A stretch of 64,000 bases of DNA from Mobula hypostoma (lineage: Eukaryota). Below are positions 1 through 11,109 of the stretch, piece after piece (positions within the stretch are counted from its first letter, which is position 1; every line of letters begins with the position of its first letter). The notes under the pieces were generated by a model. That model was not told where the DNA came from. It searched no databases and saw only the letters and a list, made by a program, of their open reading frames with translations. Made by a program: the position numbers and the translations under genes. The stretch spans positions 103,604,001-103,668,000 of the forward strand of contig NC_086108.1 in the NCBI RefSeq assembly GCF_963921235.1. The letters are read 5' to 3'.

Positions 1-930
1 CACAGATAGTGGTGGACAATTAAGTGGCTATCAGGCAAAAAAAATATAACTCCAAGGTCATTAGCTAAACAGCAGCAAAGTGATGGCAAGGTTTGTCAGT
101 GATGATATCAAGTAAACCTCCACTCATCAATAATTCAATCACTGCTGTGAAAAACCAAAATAATTGCAGATACTGGAAATTTTTTTATTATGATGATGTG
201 TGTCAAGGTATTGGGTGGCGGGGCAGAGATATGTCTCTACCAAAGGAGATGCAAGTCATTCTTGTCTCGCTAGACTGCAGGTTATCCTTGGGCAAGTGTA
301 GCACCTGCTTAGCCCCCCAATCAGGGCCATGTGAAGCCCTGGGAGCAGGTGGTAGGTGGTCGTATGAGCAGTTGATGCATATCACAAATCTTGGGTATGC
401 GACCACTGACACCAGGCAGACAAGCTCTTAAGAGTACTCATAATGGCTGGGGTCACCCATCTTGTAAAGACACTACTCAGAAGAGGTAATGTAAAATATT
501 TGCCAAAAACAATCATGGTCACCCATGTCATTTAACACAGCACATAATGATGATGACGTACAGTTGAGGAATTATATGCAGAATTAAAAGGGCTAAAACC
601 TAACTGACTTATTGGCAGCTTTACAAGTTGTGCTGTGAAAATAATGTATGAACAAAGAAGTGTTTCTTGCATGAGAAAGCTGCTCTGTGTACCCTCATCA
701 AAGTATGTATGTGATAACGGACGTATAACAGCAGCTCAGACAGTACTCAGGTGCTCACTGGATTTGCAGATTTTCCCAAGCTCTGTGAGCAGGACTCTGT
801 AGTTTAACTGAGTGACGAAAGCTTGCTGATAAACAGTATGTAATTTTAATAATTGTGTTTGACAATTATTCCCTGGGTCTGAACCTAAAGTCCTCTAATA
901 GAGGCAGTTCAACACAGTGAAAACCTTGGC

Positions 931-2058
931 TTGCATACTGCTCAAATAGATCAACTGATTGAGCACATCTGCATGAAAGATTGCTATAGAAAAGCAGCAT
1001 CCATCATCAAAGATCCTCATCACCCACAGCATACCCTTTTCTCGCTGCTGCTATCGGGTAGAAATGCCTCAGGACTCGCACCACAGACTTGCAAGAACAG
1101 TTACTACCCCTCAACCATCAGGCTCTTGAATAAAAGGGGATAACTACACTCATTCTATTTCTGATGTTCTCACAACCGATGATTTCACATTAAGGACTCT
1201 TTATCTTGTTATTTCATACTCGTTATTTAATGCTATTTACTTATATTTGCAGTTTGTTTTTCATTGGAGGAGAAGAAGATGGCGGCGTGACACAGCATGC
1301 AGCGGCCACTCCGGTGAATGATATCTGTTATCTGTCAAGTAGGGTGCCGTGCACAATCCTGATTTGATGGAGACAGACATGAGAGCACGGAGGAACATCT
1401 GGAGAAACTTCTGAAATGCCTTCTTTGCTGCTGTTGCTACTGTGTGATCCAGAATCTCCAGAGGAGAAGGCCCCGAGACCTCGGCTTTGTTTGTTGCTCG
1501 GTGGCTGGGGCGGGGTCGAAGCGCTCAGCAGAGATGGTGCTCGTGTCGGAGGCTCGAAGTTTTCGGATGGACTCAGAGTCGGCTGTGGTCAGGTGCTTCC
1601 AAAGCATCGGCAGTTGTCAGTGCCTGGAGGTTTATGGCAGGGAGAGCTTCTCCCTTTTGCCTCCTGCTATCAGGACTATCGGGAGTCGATTGGAACTTTG
1701 AGACTTTTTTTTTACCGTGCCCATGGTCTGCTCTTTATCAAATTATGGTATTGCTTTGCACTGCTGTAACTATATGTTATAATTATGTGGTCTTGTCAGT
1801 GTTAGTCTTTGGTTTGTCCTGTTTTTTTTTGTGATATCACTCTGAAGGAACATTGTATCAGTTCTTAATGCATGCATTTCTAAATGACAATAAATGAGGA
1901 CTAAGTGCCCTCATAATCTAATCTAATATAATCATTGATCCTGTTTAATAGCTACTGTTCTATAGATTTGCTGAGAATGCCAGCAGGAAGAAGAAACCCT
2001 CAGGGTCGTATGTGGTGAAATGTATGTACTCTAAAAACAAAATTTACTTAGAACTTTA
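931..2058 (+). mobile_element. Rex1/Babar-type LINE 3' fragment interrupted by a nested element
   Basis: RKAASIIKDPHHPQHTLFSLLLSGR...NSYYPSTIRLLN. The 3' UTR matches the minus-strand copy at about 29660-29900. Confidence 0.75.
1267..1931 (+). mobile_element. Non-autonomous retroelement (AAGATGGCG head, Rex1-like 3' tail)
   Basis: TSD TCATTG at 1261-1266 and 1932-1937. Ends in aatgacaataaa...(aatct)n. Confidence 0.7.
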
Positions 2059-2199
2059 GAATCATTACACAGTGCATGAGGAAGAACAGGCAAAACTAAC
2101 AATGTAGAATAAACTAACATCTACAGGTAAAAAATAACATGCAAGATCAGAGAAGCAGTCTATGGTTCAGGTCAGAAGCTCTTCGTCAGAATTTGATTT

Positions 2200-3255
2200 G
2201 AGTTTTGCCAGGACCACTCAGCTCTAGACATTACCACGTTGTGGTTCCAAATACAGACCAAAGAGCTGAATCACACAAGTGAGGTATGTGTGACTACACT
2301 TGACATCAAAGAATTCTAATCTGATGGAAATTAACAGGTATCAAGGGGAAAGATCTCCAATGGTTGAAAATATATTACATACAAAAGGGAGATGGTCAGG
2401 AGTATTGGAGGTCAAGCATTCAATTGCCCCGATACTGGTTCTTCAGGTCATTGCCCATTGCCATTCATCAACACCTTTCCGTCCACTGGAAAATCAGAGG
2501 GGGAATGTTTGTTGATGATTACATAATGCTCAATTCCATTGGTAATCTTCAAAATATAAGACAGTCTGTGCCTGTATGCAGAAACATCTAGACACCGCTT
2601 TAGCTATGGGCTGATGAGTTGCAAGTAACATTAGTGCCACTAAAGTGTCAGTGTCCATCTTCAAAAAGACAGCATCTAACCATCGAGCCTTGACGATCCA
2701 AGGTAACAGCATCATTGACTTCCGTAACATAAAAAAATTAGGGGATCACTATTACTACCATGCCTAAAGAGCAAGTTAGAAGGTATCCTGCAACAAATGG
2801 CTCATCTCCATACACACCGTTGTCTTTCCACCATTTCCATTAAGTCTGGGATATGGAGGAATACACTTCACATGTCTGGATGAGTGCAATTCCAAGAGCC
2901 ATTGTGCTCAAAACCATTTGGCTCCATCAAGCAGAACAATGGTTTCAATGTGTACCATGAACAAACCTGCTGCCCCTGTCATCTAGGACAAGGACAACAG
3001 ACTCATGGACACATCGCCATCTGCTGGTTCCACTCTAAGTAGCATACTATCCTGAATTTCAAATAAATTCCTGTTCCTTCAGCACCACTGGCCCTGGATC
3101 CTAGATCTGCCTCAGGGCAACAGAACTGTGGGAAAACCTCACAAGAAGGGTGGCAGAGGCAATGCACCATCACTTTCTGAAGGTCAGTTAGGGTTGGGCA
3201 ATATATGCTGGTCTTGCCAGCAATACCTAGATCCTCAAACAAAAAAATGAATAAA
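2200..3255 (+). mobile_element. Old, highly degenerate CR1/L2-like LINE 3' fragment
   Basis: Remnant FVDD-like RT motif near 2510 and a LINE-like 3' tail ending atgaataaa. Confidence 0.5.
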
Positions 3256-3411
3256 TTGTATAAAGCTCTAAATCAAATGCAAAGCAGGAGATTAAAAGTA
3301 CCATCTCAGAATTCCACAGAATAATTGAATTGTTGAAACACCCAGAAGTTTATTTAGCTAGTGGAAACATAAAATTCCAAGTAACAATAGACTTACTGCA
3401 GTGGTACATAC

Positions 3412-3457
3412 CTCGGGTAACATTAGCACTTTGCAGAATTTTACACCATTTCTCAAC
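3412..3457 (-). CDS. USP33: USP33 small exon (LRNGVKFCKVLMLPE); later exons lie left of the window
   Basis: Acceptor cttctag, donor GAG|gtatgt, 46 nt, phase 2/0. Continues CKK-LRNGVKFCKV. Confidence 0.93.
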
Positions 3458-3729
3458 CTAGAAGTACAAGAAAATGCTGGGTAAGGAAACAAAAGTAATT
3501 GTATTTCCCACAGACAATATACAATCCACCTTCCAGTGAATGCCATCAACCATTTAATTTCCCCGAGGCAAAATTCACAACTTATTTATCCAGACAATTC
3601 AACTCATTGGAGGAGCGCACAGATATTCCCTGTACCCCACCACTGTCATTATGTGCAAGACTCCCAGCAACCTGAGTAACGTTTTTAATCACCTCAGCCT
3701 CACAGGCCTTATTGCCTCAGAGTCAAGAG

Positions 3730-3936
3730 GTTCTGCACATGCTGGAAATCTCGAGCAACACACAAAATGCTAGAGGAGCTCAGCAAGTCAGGCAGCATCT
3801 ATGGAGGGGAATAAACAGTTGGCGCTTTGGGCTGAGTCCTGATAAAGTATCCTGGTCTGAAACAGCAACTGTTTATTCCCCTCCATAAATGCTGCCTGAC
3901 TTGATGAGCTCCTCCAGAATTTTGTGTGTGTTGCTT
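3730..3936. mobile_element. Penelope-like-derived inverted-repeat (hairpin) element
   Basis: caacacacaaaatgctagaggagctcagcaagtcaggcagcat paired with its reverse complement. Same family as 36245-36475, 39655-39797, 44220-45067, 51600-52152 and 54170-54630. Confidence 0.7.
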
Positions 3937-4067
3937 ATAGCTGCAGTACTGTTTATCCAATAAAACACTGAAGGAGTTATTTGCTATTTTCCAAACTATG
4001 GGCGAGATGAATATGGACAAGAAAGGTTAACTCTCCCAGATGGTTCATTCATAATCAATCTATACTT

Positions 4068-4368
4068 AAGACATCCGTTAGTCTTGCGAGACCATGGATC
4101 TGTGCCTGGAAAGTCTTCACTCTCCAGGGCGCCGGCCTGGGCAAGGTTGTATTGACGACCAGCAGTTGCCCATGCTACAAGTCTCCCCTCTCCACGACAC
4201 CGATGTTGAACAAAGGAAGGTCATTAGGACCCATACAGCCTGGCACTGGTGTCGTCGCAGAGCAATGTGTGGTGAAGTGCCTTGCTCAAGGACACAACAC
4301 ATTGCCTCAGCTGGGGCTCGAACTCACAAATTTCAGGTCACTAGTCGAACGCCTTAACCACTTGGCCA
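4068..4368 (-). mobile_element. tRNA-derived SINE (copy 1 of a pair; copy 2 at 62823-63132)
   Basis: Minus-strand head TGGCCAAGTGG (A box) and GTTCGAGCC (B box), followed by tgtgtccttgagcaaggcactt. Closely similar to 62823-63132. Confidence 0.85.
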
Positions 4369-4521
4369 TAATACATGGTTAGCTCTCTGAGGAAGCCACA
4401 TCATGGGCTTGCCTAACACTGTACACCCGAAACTCTGAGCTCTGTGGCAGGTAAAGATGAATGGAGCTGGTGCTTCAGGGATGTAGCCACAATTTCTCTG
4501 GGTAAAAAACGCAACATGCAC

Positions 4522-4790
4522 ACGTTAGCGTAGTAGCTAGTACAATGCTATTACAGCTCAGGGCATCAGAGCTTGAAGTTCAATTCGGACATCATCTATA
4601 AGGGGCTTGTTTGCCCTCCCCGTGAATGAATGTGCTTCCTCCAGATGCTCCTGTTTCTTCCCACAGTCAAAGGACGTACCAGTTAGTAGGTTAATTGGTC
4701 TTTGGGCAAGGGTTAAATCAGTAGGTTCTTGGTGGTGTGGCTTAAAGGGCCAAAAGGGACTATTCCACGCTGTATCTCAAAATAAATCAA
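4522..4790 (+). mobile_element. V-SINE/HE1-like SINE
   Basis: tRNA-like head, V-domain-like ttcctccagatgctcctgtttcttcccacagtcaaaggac, and tail gctgtatctcaaaataaat. Related copies near 8690-8895(-), 10240-10380(-), 23305-24275(+, interrupted), 25720-25920(-), 28315-28572(+), 47800-48012(-), 51050-51255(-) and 61240-61410(+). Confidence 0.75.
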
Positions 4791-5626
4791 CAAACAAACA
4801 AACTTCTGTATTTACTGACTCAAGCTCAAAGCAGAGAGGCAACATTCAGGATTATTTTGAAAACATTGAATCCATGGATCAGGAGTACACAGAAACTCAA
4901 CATGTACAATGGAAGAAGTCCATCACCCCACAAACTAATGCCAGGCAATTCCTACCTATGGGAGAACCCATAGTTTCCTACATTAGTCACCTCAAAACCC
5001 GCAAAACCAGAATACAATTGCGACAAAAACATCTTGCTCCTCTTCACCAAGAAACTGCAGATGCTGGGATTTCAGGTGTGAAAAAAAGCTGCTGGAAGTA
5101 CTCAGTAGGTCAGGCAGCATCCTTGGAAGCAAAGAGATTGGGTCTCAATAGTGCATCAGGACTTTTCGACTCAAAGCGTCGACTATGATTTTACCTCCAC
5201 AGATGCCACCTTACCAACTGTATTTTTAAACAATGGCTTCAATTAGCTTACTATATACAGCAGCAATAAAATTCCTTTTCATGAGTAACTCAGTGTAAAC
5301 AGTGCACACAGTAACATTAAATACAGCAATGAGTGCTAAACAGCAGAATGATGCAAAGATTGTTGTGCAATCTGAAATAGTGCTAAAAGGAATAAAGCAG
5401 TGACAAAGACAAAATAACCAAGAAAAGGTGAACTAAAACTACTTAAACATAGCAGCACCACCAGTAAGAGGATGTAAAAGAGGTGATTATTTCAGAAGTC
5501 TAATAGCAGTGGGGGTAAACCTGTTCTTAAGTCTGGACATCCGGGCTTTCAAGCTCCTGTATCTTCTCCTGGAAGGTAGAAGAGAGAAAAAGGAATGGCC
5601 AAGGTGGCAGGCATCCTTGATGAATC

Positions 5627-5872
5627 TTTCATGTTTTGTAACTTCAAAGCATTAAACTAATTCAAAGGAAGACACAGGAGTCCAGGAATGCGGGTCTAAC
5701 TTCGAGTTTACTTTTAAGGGGGACACGCATATATCACCTGGAAACATGATGATGTATGCAATTCACGTATTTATAAATATAACCCAAAACGAATATTTAA
5801 ACAAGTAAACAATCCAACAATATAGTATATACAAGATTATTCAAATATTACTGAAACATTAAATACACAACA
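5627..5872 (-). repeat. 3' LTR
   Basis: Direct repeat of 8197-8444, adjacent to the polypurine tract. Confidence 0.9.
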
Positions 5873-6184
5873 CTCCTCCCCGCTTAGTTATAAGCTCCAA
5901 CTCAAAAGAGAATTTGTCTCAACTATATAAACAGTGTACCATATAAAACAACTACTATATACAGCACAGTTAATTTTTAAATGATCCCATTCAGGCTTAA
6001 AGACGGTCGTTGTGGAGGATTTCTTACTCATGTGGGATAAAGTCTTTCCAGACAAGGGGGATCACTTGGCTTGGCAAGTGAGACTTGTGGCTGTGAAACA
6101 ATCTCAGGCTTTGGGGCCTCCTCCATGGTGGTTGTAGGAGATGACTGAGATTGTAGGAAGTGGTTCTGACAGATGTAGCCACCT

Positions 6185-6701
6185 TTCGTTTTCCTTCCTT
6201 TTTCTTCTTCTAGTTTGTGCTTCTTGATATTGGGAAGGTGCATTTAGTTCACTGGAGTATTTTTCTTATTAATTCTTCTATTGCTCCCTTCATGATCTGA
6301 TCTCTCCTCTTTGTTTCCTCATCCACAACATCATCTGATGAATCCTCTGTTTTTGTATCTCCATCGACTCCTTTCTTTATGGTCTTCTATTCATCTAGCT
6401 GGGTTTGGTCTTTGCATCTACTTTTACAAGTAGCTTTTTGTCTCCCACTTGAAGTTCAAGCAATAATCTTAAACAGCAGATTCTGGTACTTTATACTCAC
6501 AAAAGCCAAATTCTTGCAACTCTCTTCCAGATTAAAGCCAAGCCACATTCACAAGTAACTGCCTGATTAAGATAAGTCACCAATAAAAAATATTGTAGTT
6601 GGACCACAGCTTTCACCAGTTTCCTGCTTCCTCTGAGCAGCATGGTCCTTCCTTGATCCAATATACTTTTCACCCAGAAGCACAGAGATCGGCACCAACA
6701 C
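6185..6701 (-). pseudogene. RBM25: Processed fragment of RBM25 (RNA-binding motif protein 25, RRM region) inside the LTR element
   Basis: Minus-strand translation across frameshifts gives VLVPISVLLGEKYIGSRKDH...ESCGPTTIFFIGDLS / LIRQLL / CGLALIWKRV / LQEFGFCEYKVPES / LRLLLELQVGDKKLLVKVDAKTK / QLDE / DEETKRRDQIMKGAIEELIR / YSSELNAPSQ. This is collinear with the RBM25 sequence as I recall it (CGPTTTVFVGNIS...FGFCEYKEPES...KKLLVKVDAKTKAQLDEW...DEETKRRDQMIKGAIEVLIREYSSELNAPSQ). It has stops, indels and no introns. Confidence 0.9.
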
Positions 6702-8196
6702 CTCTTTGTACTCTTTTGGGCAACAGCTCATGGTGTTTGGCATGGAGACAGCCGTGGCATCGTCCAGTTCCTTTCTTAATTCTCTTTCAGTTGGCTTCAT
6801 TGCAAGGGTTATGGTATGCAAATTGTGTTTAGATCTCCAATCAAGTTGTAGTTGTCTCAGCCAATCATGTCCCCACAACACTGGCCCTCCTGTTTTTACC
6901 ATATACAAGCTCAATTGGCTTGTTAGTTATTGTATTTCACTGTCATGAACGTCATTCCCACAGAAGCTATTTTTTCTTCAGTATAAGTTCTTTGTTGGAT
7001 ATCTGCAGTATTTTTGAAATGCCTCTCAAATTCATTTTGTGGAATCACTGAAACAGCCAAACCAGAGTCCAATTCCATTTAAATTAATTTGCCATTCACT
7101 TCTGCCATAAGCCATATTGCTTGTTTATTGTTAATTTTCACATTGTAACTCTCAAGGGAACCCAGCCCAGCATCACTCTCATCATTATCAAATTTTTCAT
7201 CAACAGTCTGCAGATTAGTGCTGTCTTTGAAACAGCAATGTAACTTTTTATCTTTTTCTCATTTCTGAGTAGTTCACTTATTTTTATCTGTACAACATGC
7301 TCTTTGTACAAGTCCTACTTTATTGCATTTTCTACACGTTTAACCTTTAAACTTACATTTGTTTGGAGAACAAGAGTTCCTGCTGCAACACAATTTGTCT
7401 GGCCAGGCCGGTTTCTGTTTAGACATTGTAATTTTGTTCATGCTCACTTTCATTCCTGACTCCAACTCATTTGCATCTCTGTCTGTGGTTTCCATTGAAA
7501 CAGCAATTTCAACTGCTCTTTTAAATGTAAGTTGTGCTTCAGTTAGGAGCCATTTTTGAATATTTTCTTGTAAAATTCCACAAACTAAGTGACCTTAGTG
7601 TATTATTAAGCCTATTACCAAACTGTCAATATTCAGACAATCGCTTCAATTCAGTCACGTACACAGGAATGGACTCCCCTTCCTTTTGATTCTGCTTATG
7701 AAACTGAAAGTGTTCTGCAATAAATGATGGGTTTGGTTCTAAATGTTCCTGCACTACTTTGACAATATCAATAAAGGTAATTTCTGCTGGTTTGGTTGGA
7801 GCCTTTATGGCTTTAAACCCAATGCACTCAGCAAAATTGGTATTCATTTCTCATTGGCTACTTTATTCGCTACAAAATATTGTTGAATTAGCTCGGTATA
7901 CATGAGCCAAATACCCGTTGAGCAATCAAACATATCAATCTTTCCAGCCAGCCATTTCTGCTCTTTTTTTAAAAAATGATTATCACCCAGTACTGACTAT
8001 TTACGAACGCATGAATTCTTCCGTTTTCTAACTTAAAAAAAATCTCAAACATGTTTTCCCTTCCAAAGAACACATATTGCACTGCCTTTTGTAACTCAAA
8101 AGCCTCTTGCTGTTTTTTTTTTAGCCCGAACTTCATGCTGAGCTTCAGTAGGTTGATTCCCTTCTCGGATTTATTTTAAAAATACCTCACCGCCAA

Positions 8197-8444
8197 TGTT
8201 ATGTTTTGTAATTTCAAAACATTAAACTAATTCAAAGGAAGACATGGGAGTCCAGGAATGCGGGTCTAACTTCTAGTTTACTTTTAAGGGAGGAACACAC
8301 ATATTATATGGTAGCATGATGACGTATGCAGTTCACGCATTTGTATATAACCTGTAATGAATTATTGAAATGAATAAGAATGCATAAGCAAATAATTTAT
8401 ATACAAAATTAATCAAATATTACTGAAAGATTAAATACACAACA
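8197..8444 (-). repeat. 5' LTR
   Basis: TG...CA termini (tgttatg...caaca), adjacent to the PBS. Confidence 0.9.
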
Positions 8445-9237
8445 GAATCTACAAGCGTACATGAAACAATGTATTGTTAAAATGGACTGGATGGAAGGAA
8501 GTGACAAGCCTGTAATGGACTAGCCTGTGGTTACCACCCACTGCAGGTTACTTTAGTTGAGGGCAGAGTAATTGCCACACCAAATTGACATACAACCCAT
8601 CAGGATACATTTTATCTCACATCTATAGAGGTTTGAGAGAATACTCGCAAATATGCCAAATCGTCTTGGATGCCCAGGCAGTGATTCTTTAATTTAAAGA
8701 TACAACAGCATGGTAACAGGCCCTTCTGGCCCAATGTACCTGCACTGCCCAAATGCATGCGTGTGAACAATTAGCCTACTATCCCGTACGGTCTGGAGGA
8801 AAACGCACAAACTTCCTACAGACAGTGGTGGGAATCGAACCCAGGTCACTGGTGCTATAACAGCAATATGCTAGCTGCTACACCACTGTGCCACCCCTTC
8901 CTAATCACTGCAGTGTAATGGGAGCAGAACAGGTTGTTGTGATATGGATGCAAAGGAAAGTTGTGCTGTTGACCATCTCTACGGCAGCTCCGTTGATGAG
9001 GACAGCATTGTGTTCACCCTCCCAACCATCCCCAGGTTCCTTAAATCAAAACGAACATTTGTATCTTACTGAAGGACTGGGTTGTTGTTCTGACACCATG
9101 GCACAAGGTTCATGATTTGTTTCCTGTGCTCTATCTCATCACTGTTGGTCTGGACGATAACAGTGGCATCATCAACAAACTTAAAGATCAATCCAGTGCT
9201 TAATCTCATTTCTCCACCGCTATCTAGAAGTTAACTA

Positions 9238-9800
9238 CACTCAGTGGCCACTTTATTTGGTACACCTGCTTGTTAATGCAAATATTTAATTAATCAATCA
9301 TGTGGCAGCAACTCAATGCATAAAAGCATGTAGGCATGGTTAAGAGGTTCATTTGTTGTTCAGACCAAATATCAAAATGGGAAAGAAATGTGATCTAAGA
9401 GACTCTGACCATGGAATGATTGTTGCTGCCATACAGGGTGGTTTGAGTACCTCAGAAACTGCTGATTTCCTGGAATTTTAATGCATACCAGTATATAGTT
9501 TACAAAGAATAGTGCAAAATACAAAAAAAAACACCCAGTGAGTGGCAGTTCAGTGGATGAAAATGCCTTGTTAGAGAGAGGTCAGAAGAGAATGGCCAGA
9601 CTGGTTCAAACTGGCAGGAAGAGGTCAGTAACCCAAATAACCACGCATTACAACAGTGATGTGCAGAAGAGCACCTCTGAACGCACTATATGTTGAACCT
9701 CAGAATGGATGAGCGACAGCAGAAGAACACGAACATACACTCAGTGGACACTTTATTAGCTACAGGAGGTTACTGTAGCTAATAAAGTGATAACTGAGTG
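9238..9800 (+). mobile_element. Tc1-family non-autonomous element (N-terminal transposase remnant)
   Basis: TA-flanked. TIR cactcagtggccactttatt. Remnant MGKKCDL...ETADFL... ending at S/RR. Second copy at 60413-60959. Confidence 0.85.
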
Positions 9801-10536
9801 TACTGTATCTGTACGTCTTCCTGATATGGGTGTTAAAATATTCTTTTGCCTCTCTGAACTAGTATCTTCTTGTACAGATCATTTACATATACAGGGTCCT
9901 TTTTTCACCTTGTGAATGTCAAAGACCCTTCCCCTGTTATCTCTTGCCAAAGTTCAGTTTACTGCTGCTCAGTCCCAATCAATGGCTGCAGTCTTAAATC
10001 AATAATCTGCTTTTCTGTTGACACACACCATTAGCCAACCTCCAAAGTGCTCCAGAAAACTTTAGTTATATAAAAGTGCTCTGGCTTTTGCTTCATCTGT
10101 CACATGTACATACAGTGAAATGCGTTGTTTGCATCAAATCGAATCAGCGAGAATTGCAGTGTGCAAGTGTCGCCACGCTTCCAGTGCCAACATAGCATGC
10201 CCACAACTCACCAATCCTTACTCTAACCATGTATCTTTGGAGCATAGTAGTAGAGTACACAAAGGAAACCGACACAGGCAGAATGCACAAACTCCTTACA
10301 GACAGTGGCAGGAATTGAACCCCAATCGGTAATCACTGGCTGGGACTGTAAAGCAATGCGCTAACTGCTACACTGCCCTGCATCAAACCATGGTTTTTTT
10401 TTGAATAACTAGCTGGAGTCATGCTGTATCCCATCAATTAAAAAATTTGTGGAAAGAATACAGTTTGTTTCCATTATTGTATAGATTTTGTAACTTTTTA
10501 AATACCCAATTTACACTCATCCCTCTCTCAGGAATA

Positions 10537-11100
10537 CAGGTCCACAGTGCCTTACCCGAAATCCTTGGGGCCAGTTGCATTTCGGAATATAGAATTTTTT
10601 GGATTTCAGAACCCACCCCCCCACCCCTGATACCAAAAAACAATATGCTCAAGTCCCTTATTTAACCTGTCTCAATGCGGTGGACTTTAGGACCCGGCGG
10701 CGCACCAAACCTACGCACATCCTCCTGTATTAAATCATCTCTAGTTTACTTATAATACCTAATACCATGTAACTGCTATGTAAATAGTTGTTATACTGTA
10801 TTGTTTAGGGAATAATGACAAGAAAAAAATTTATTTCCAACAAAAACATTCAATAAAACATAAAAATATACAGCTTCAAATGAACCGAATCAAACACATG
10901 GTAAATGACTTATTGGAATAAATGTAGAACGTCACTGTCACTATAAAACTTCAGTAACTTGTCTTTCTGTTTATTTAAATCATATACAGTGGTAGTTCCG
11001 ACACTATTTTCTTTAAATGATCTCTGTACCTTTCTTGAAAATCTATCAGCTTTATTTTGCTGTTGCTGCAGTGCTGATACTCTGGTCATTGCTTCCACTG
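10537..11100 (-). mobile_element. Tigger/pogo (Tigger4/Jerky-like) remnant containing a MER2/Tigger3-like block
   Basis: TA|cagg terminus with ccttacccgaaatccttgggg. Minus-strand peptide [24 protein letters not shown] (CENP-B/Tigger HTH). MER2-like block at 10625-10829. Confidence 0.7.
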
Positions 11101-11109
11101 TACAAGTGA

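Larger units (their letters stand above)
5627..8444 (-). mobile_element. Gypsy-type LTR retrotransposon, internally deleted, carrying a captured host cDNA fragment
   Basis: Direct ~245-bp LTRs at 5627-5872 and 8197-8444 ending in ...acacaaca. TSD GAATC at 5622-5626 and 8445-8449. PBS-like TTGGCGGTGAGGT (8196-8184) and PPT AAGCGGGGAGGAG (5885-5873). Gag remnant (VQEHLEPNPSFIAEHFQFHKQNQKEGESI), protease motif MELDSGLAVSVIP near 7.07 kb, and GGPVLWGHDWL. Confidence 0.93.
5300..9200 (-). mobile_element. Degenerate Rex1/Babar-like LINE hosting the LTR element and a SINE
   Basis: Sequence on both sides of the LTR element joins into a unit matching 18960-19161 plus 21924-22140. RT motif KFVDDATVI near 9160-9185. 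Confidence 0.7.

Noticed and set aside
4094..4357. Duplicated small gene (MDLCLESLHSPGRRPG, repeated at 62849)
   Set aside because: Both are antisense readings of the same tRNA-SINE family.
4607..5188. 193-aa ORF
   Set aside because: It runs through a SINE, unique sequence and a Penelope-like fragment, with no recognisable domain.
6185..6701. Functional RBM25 paralog or retroviral env gene
   Set aside because: It has multiple stops, frameshifts and deletions, and the translation is RRM-like rather than env-like.
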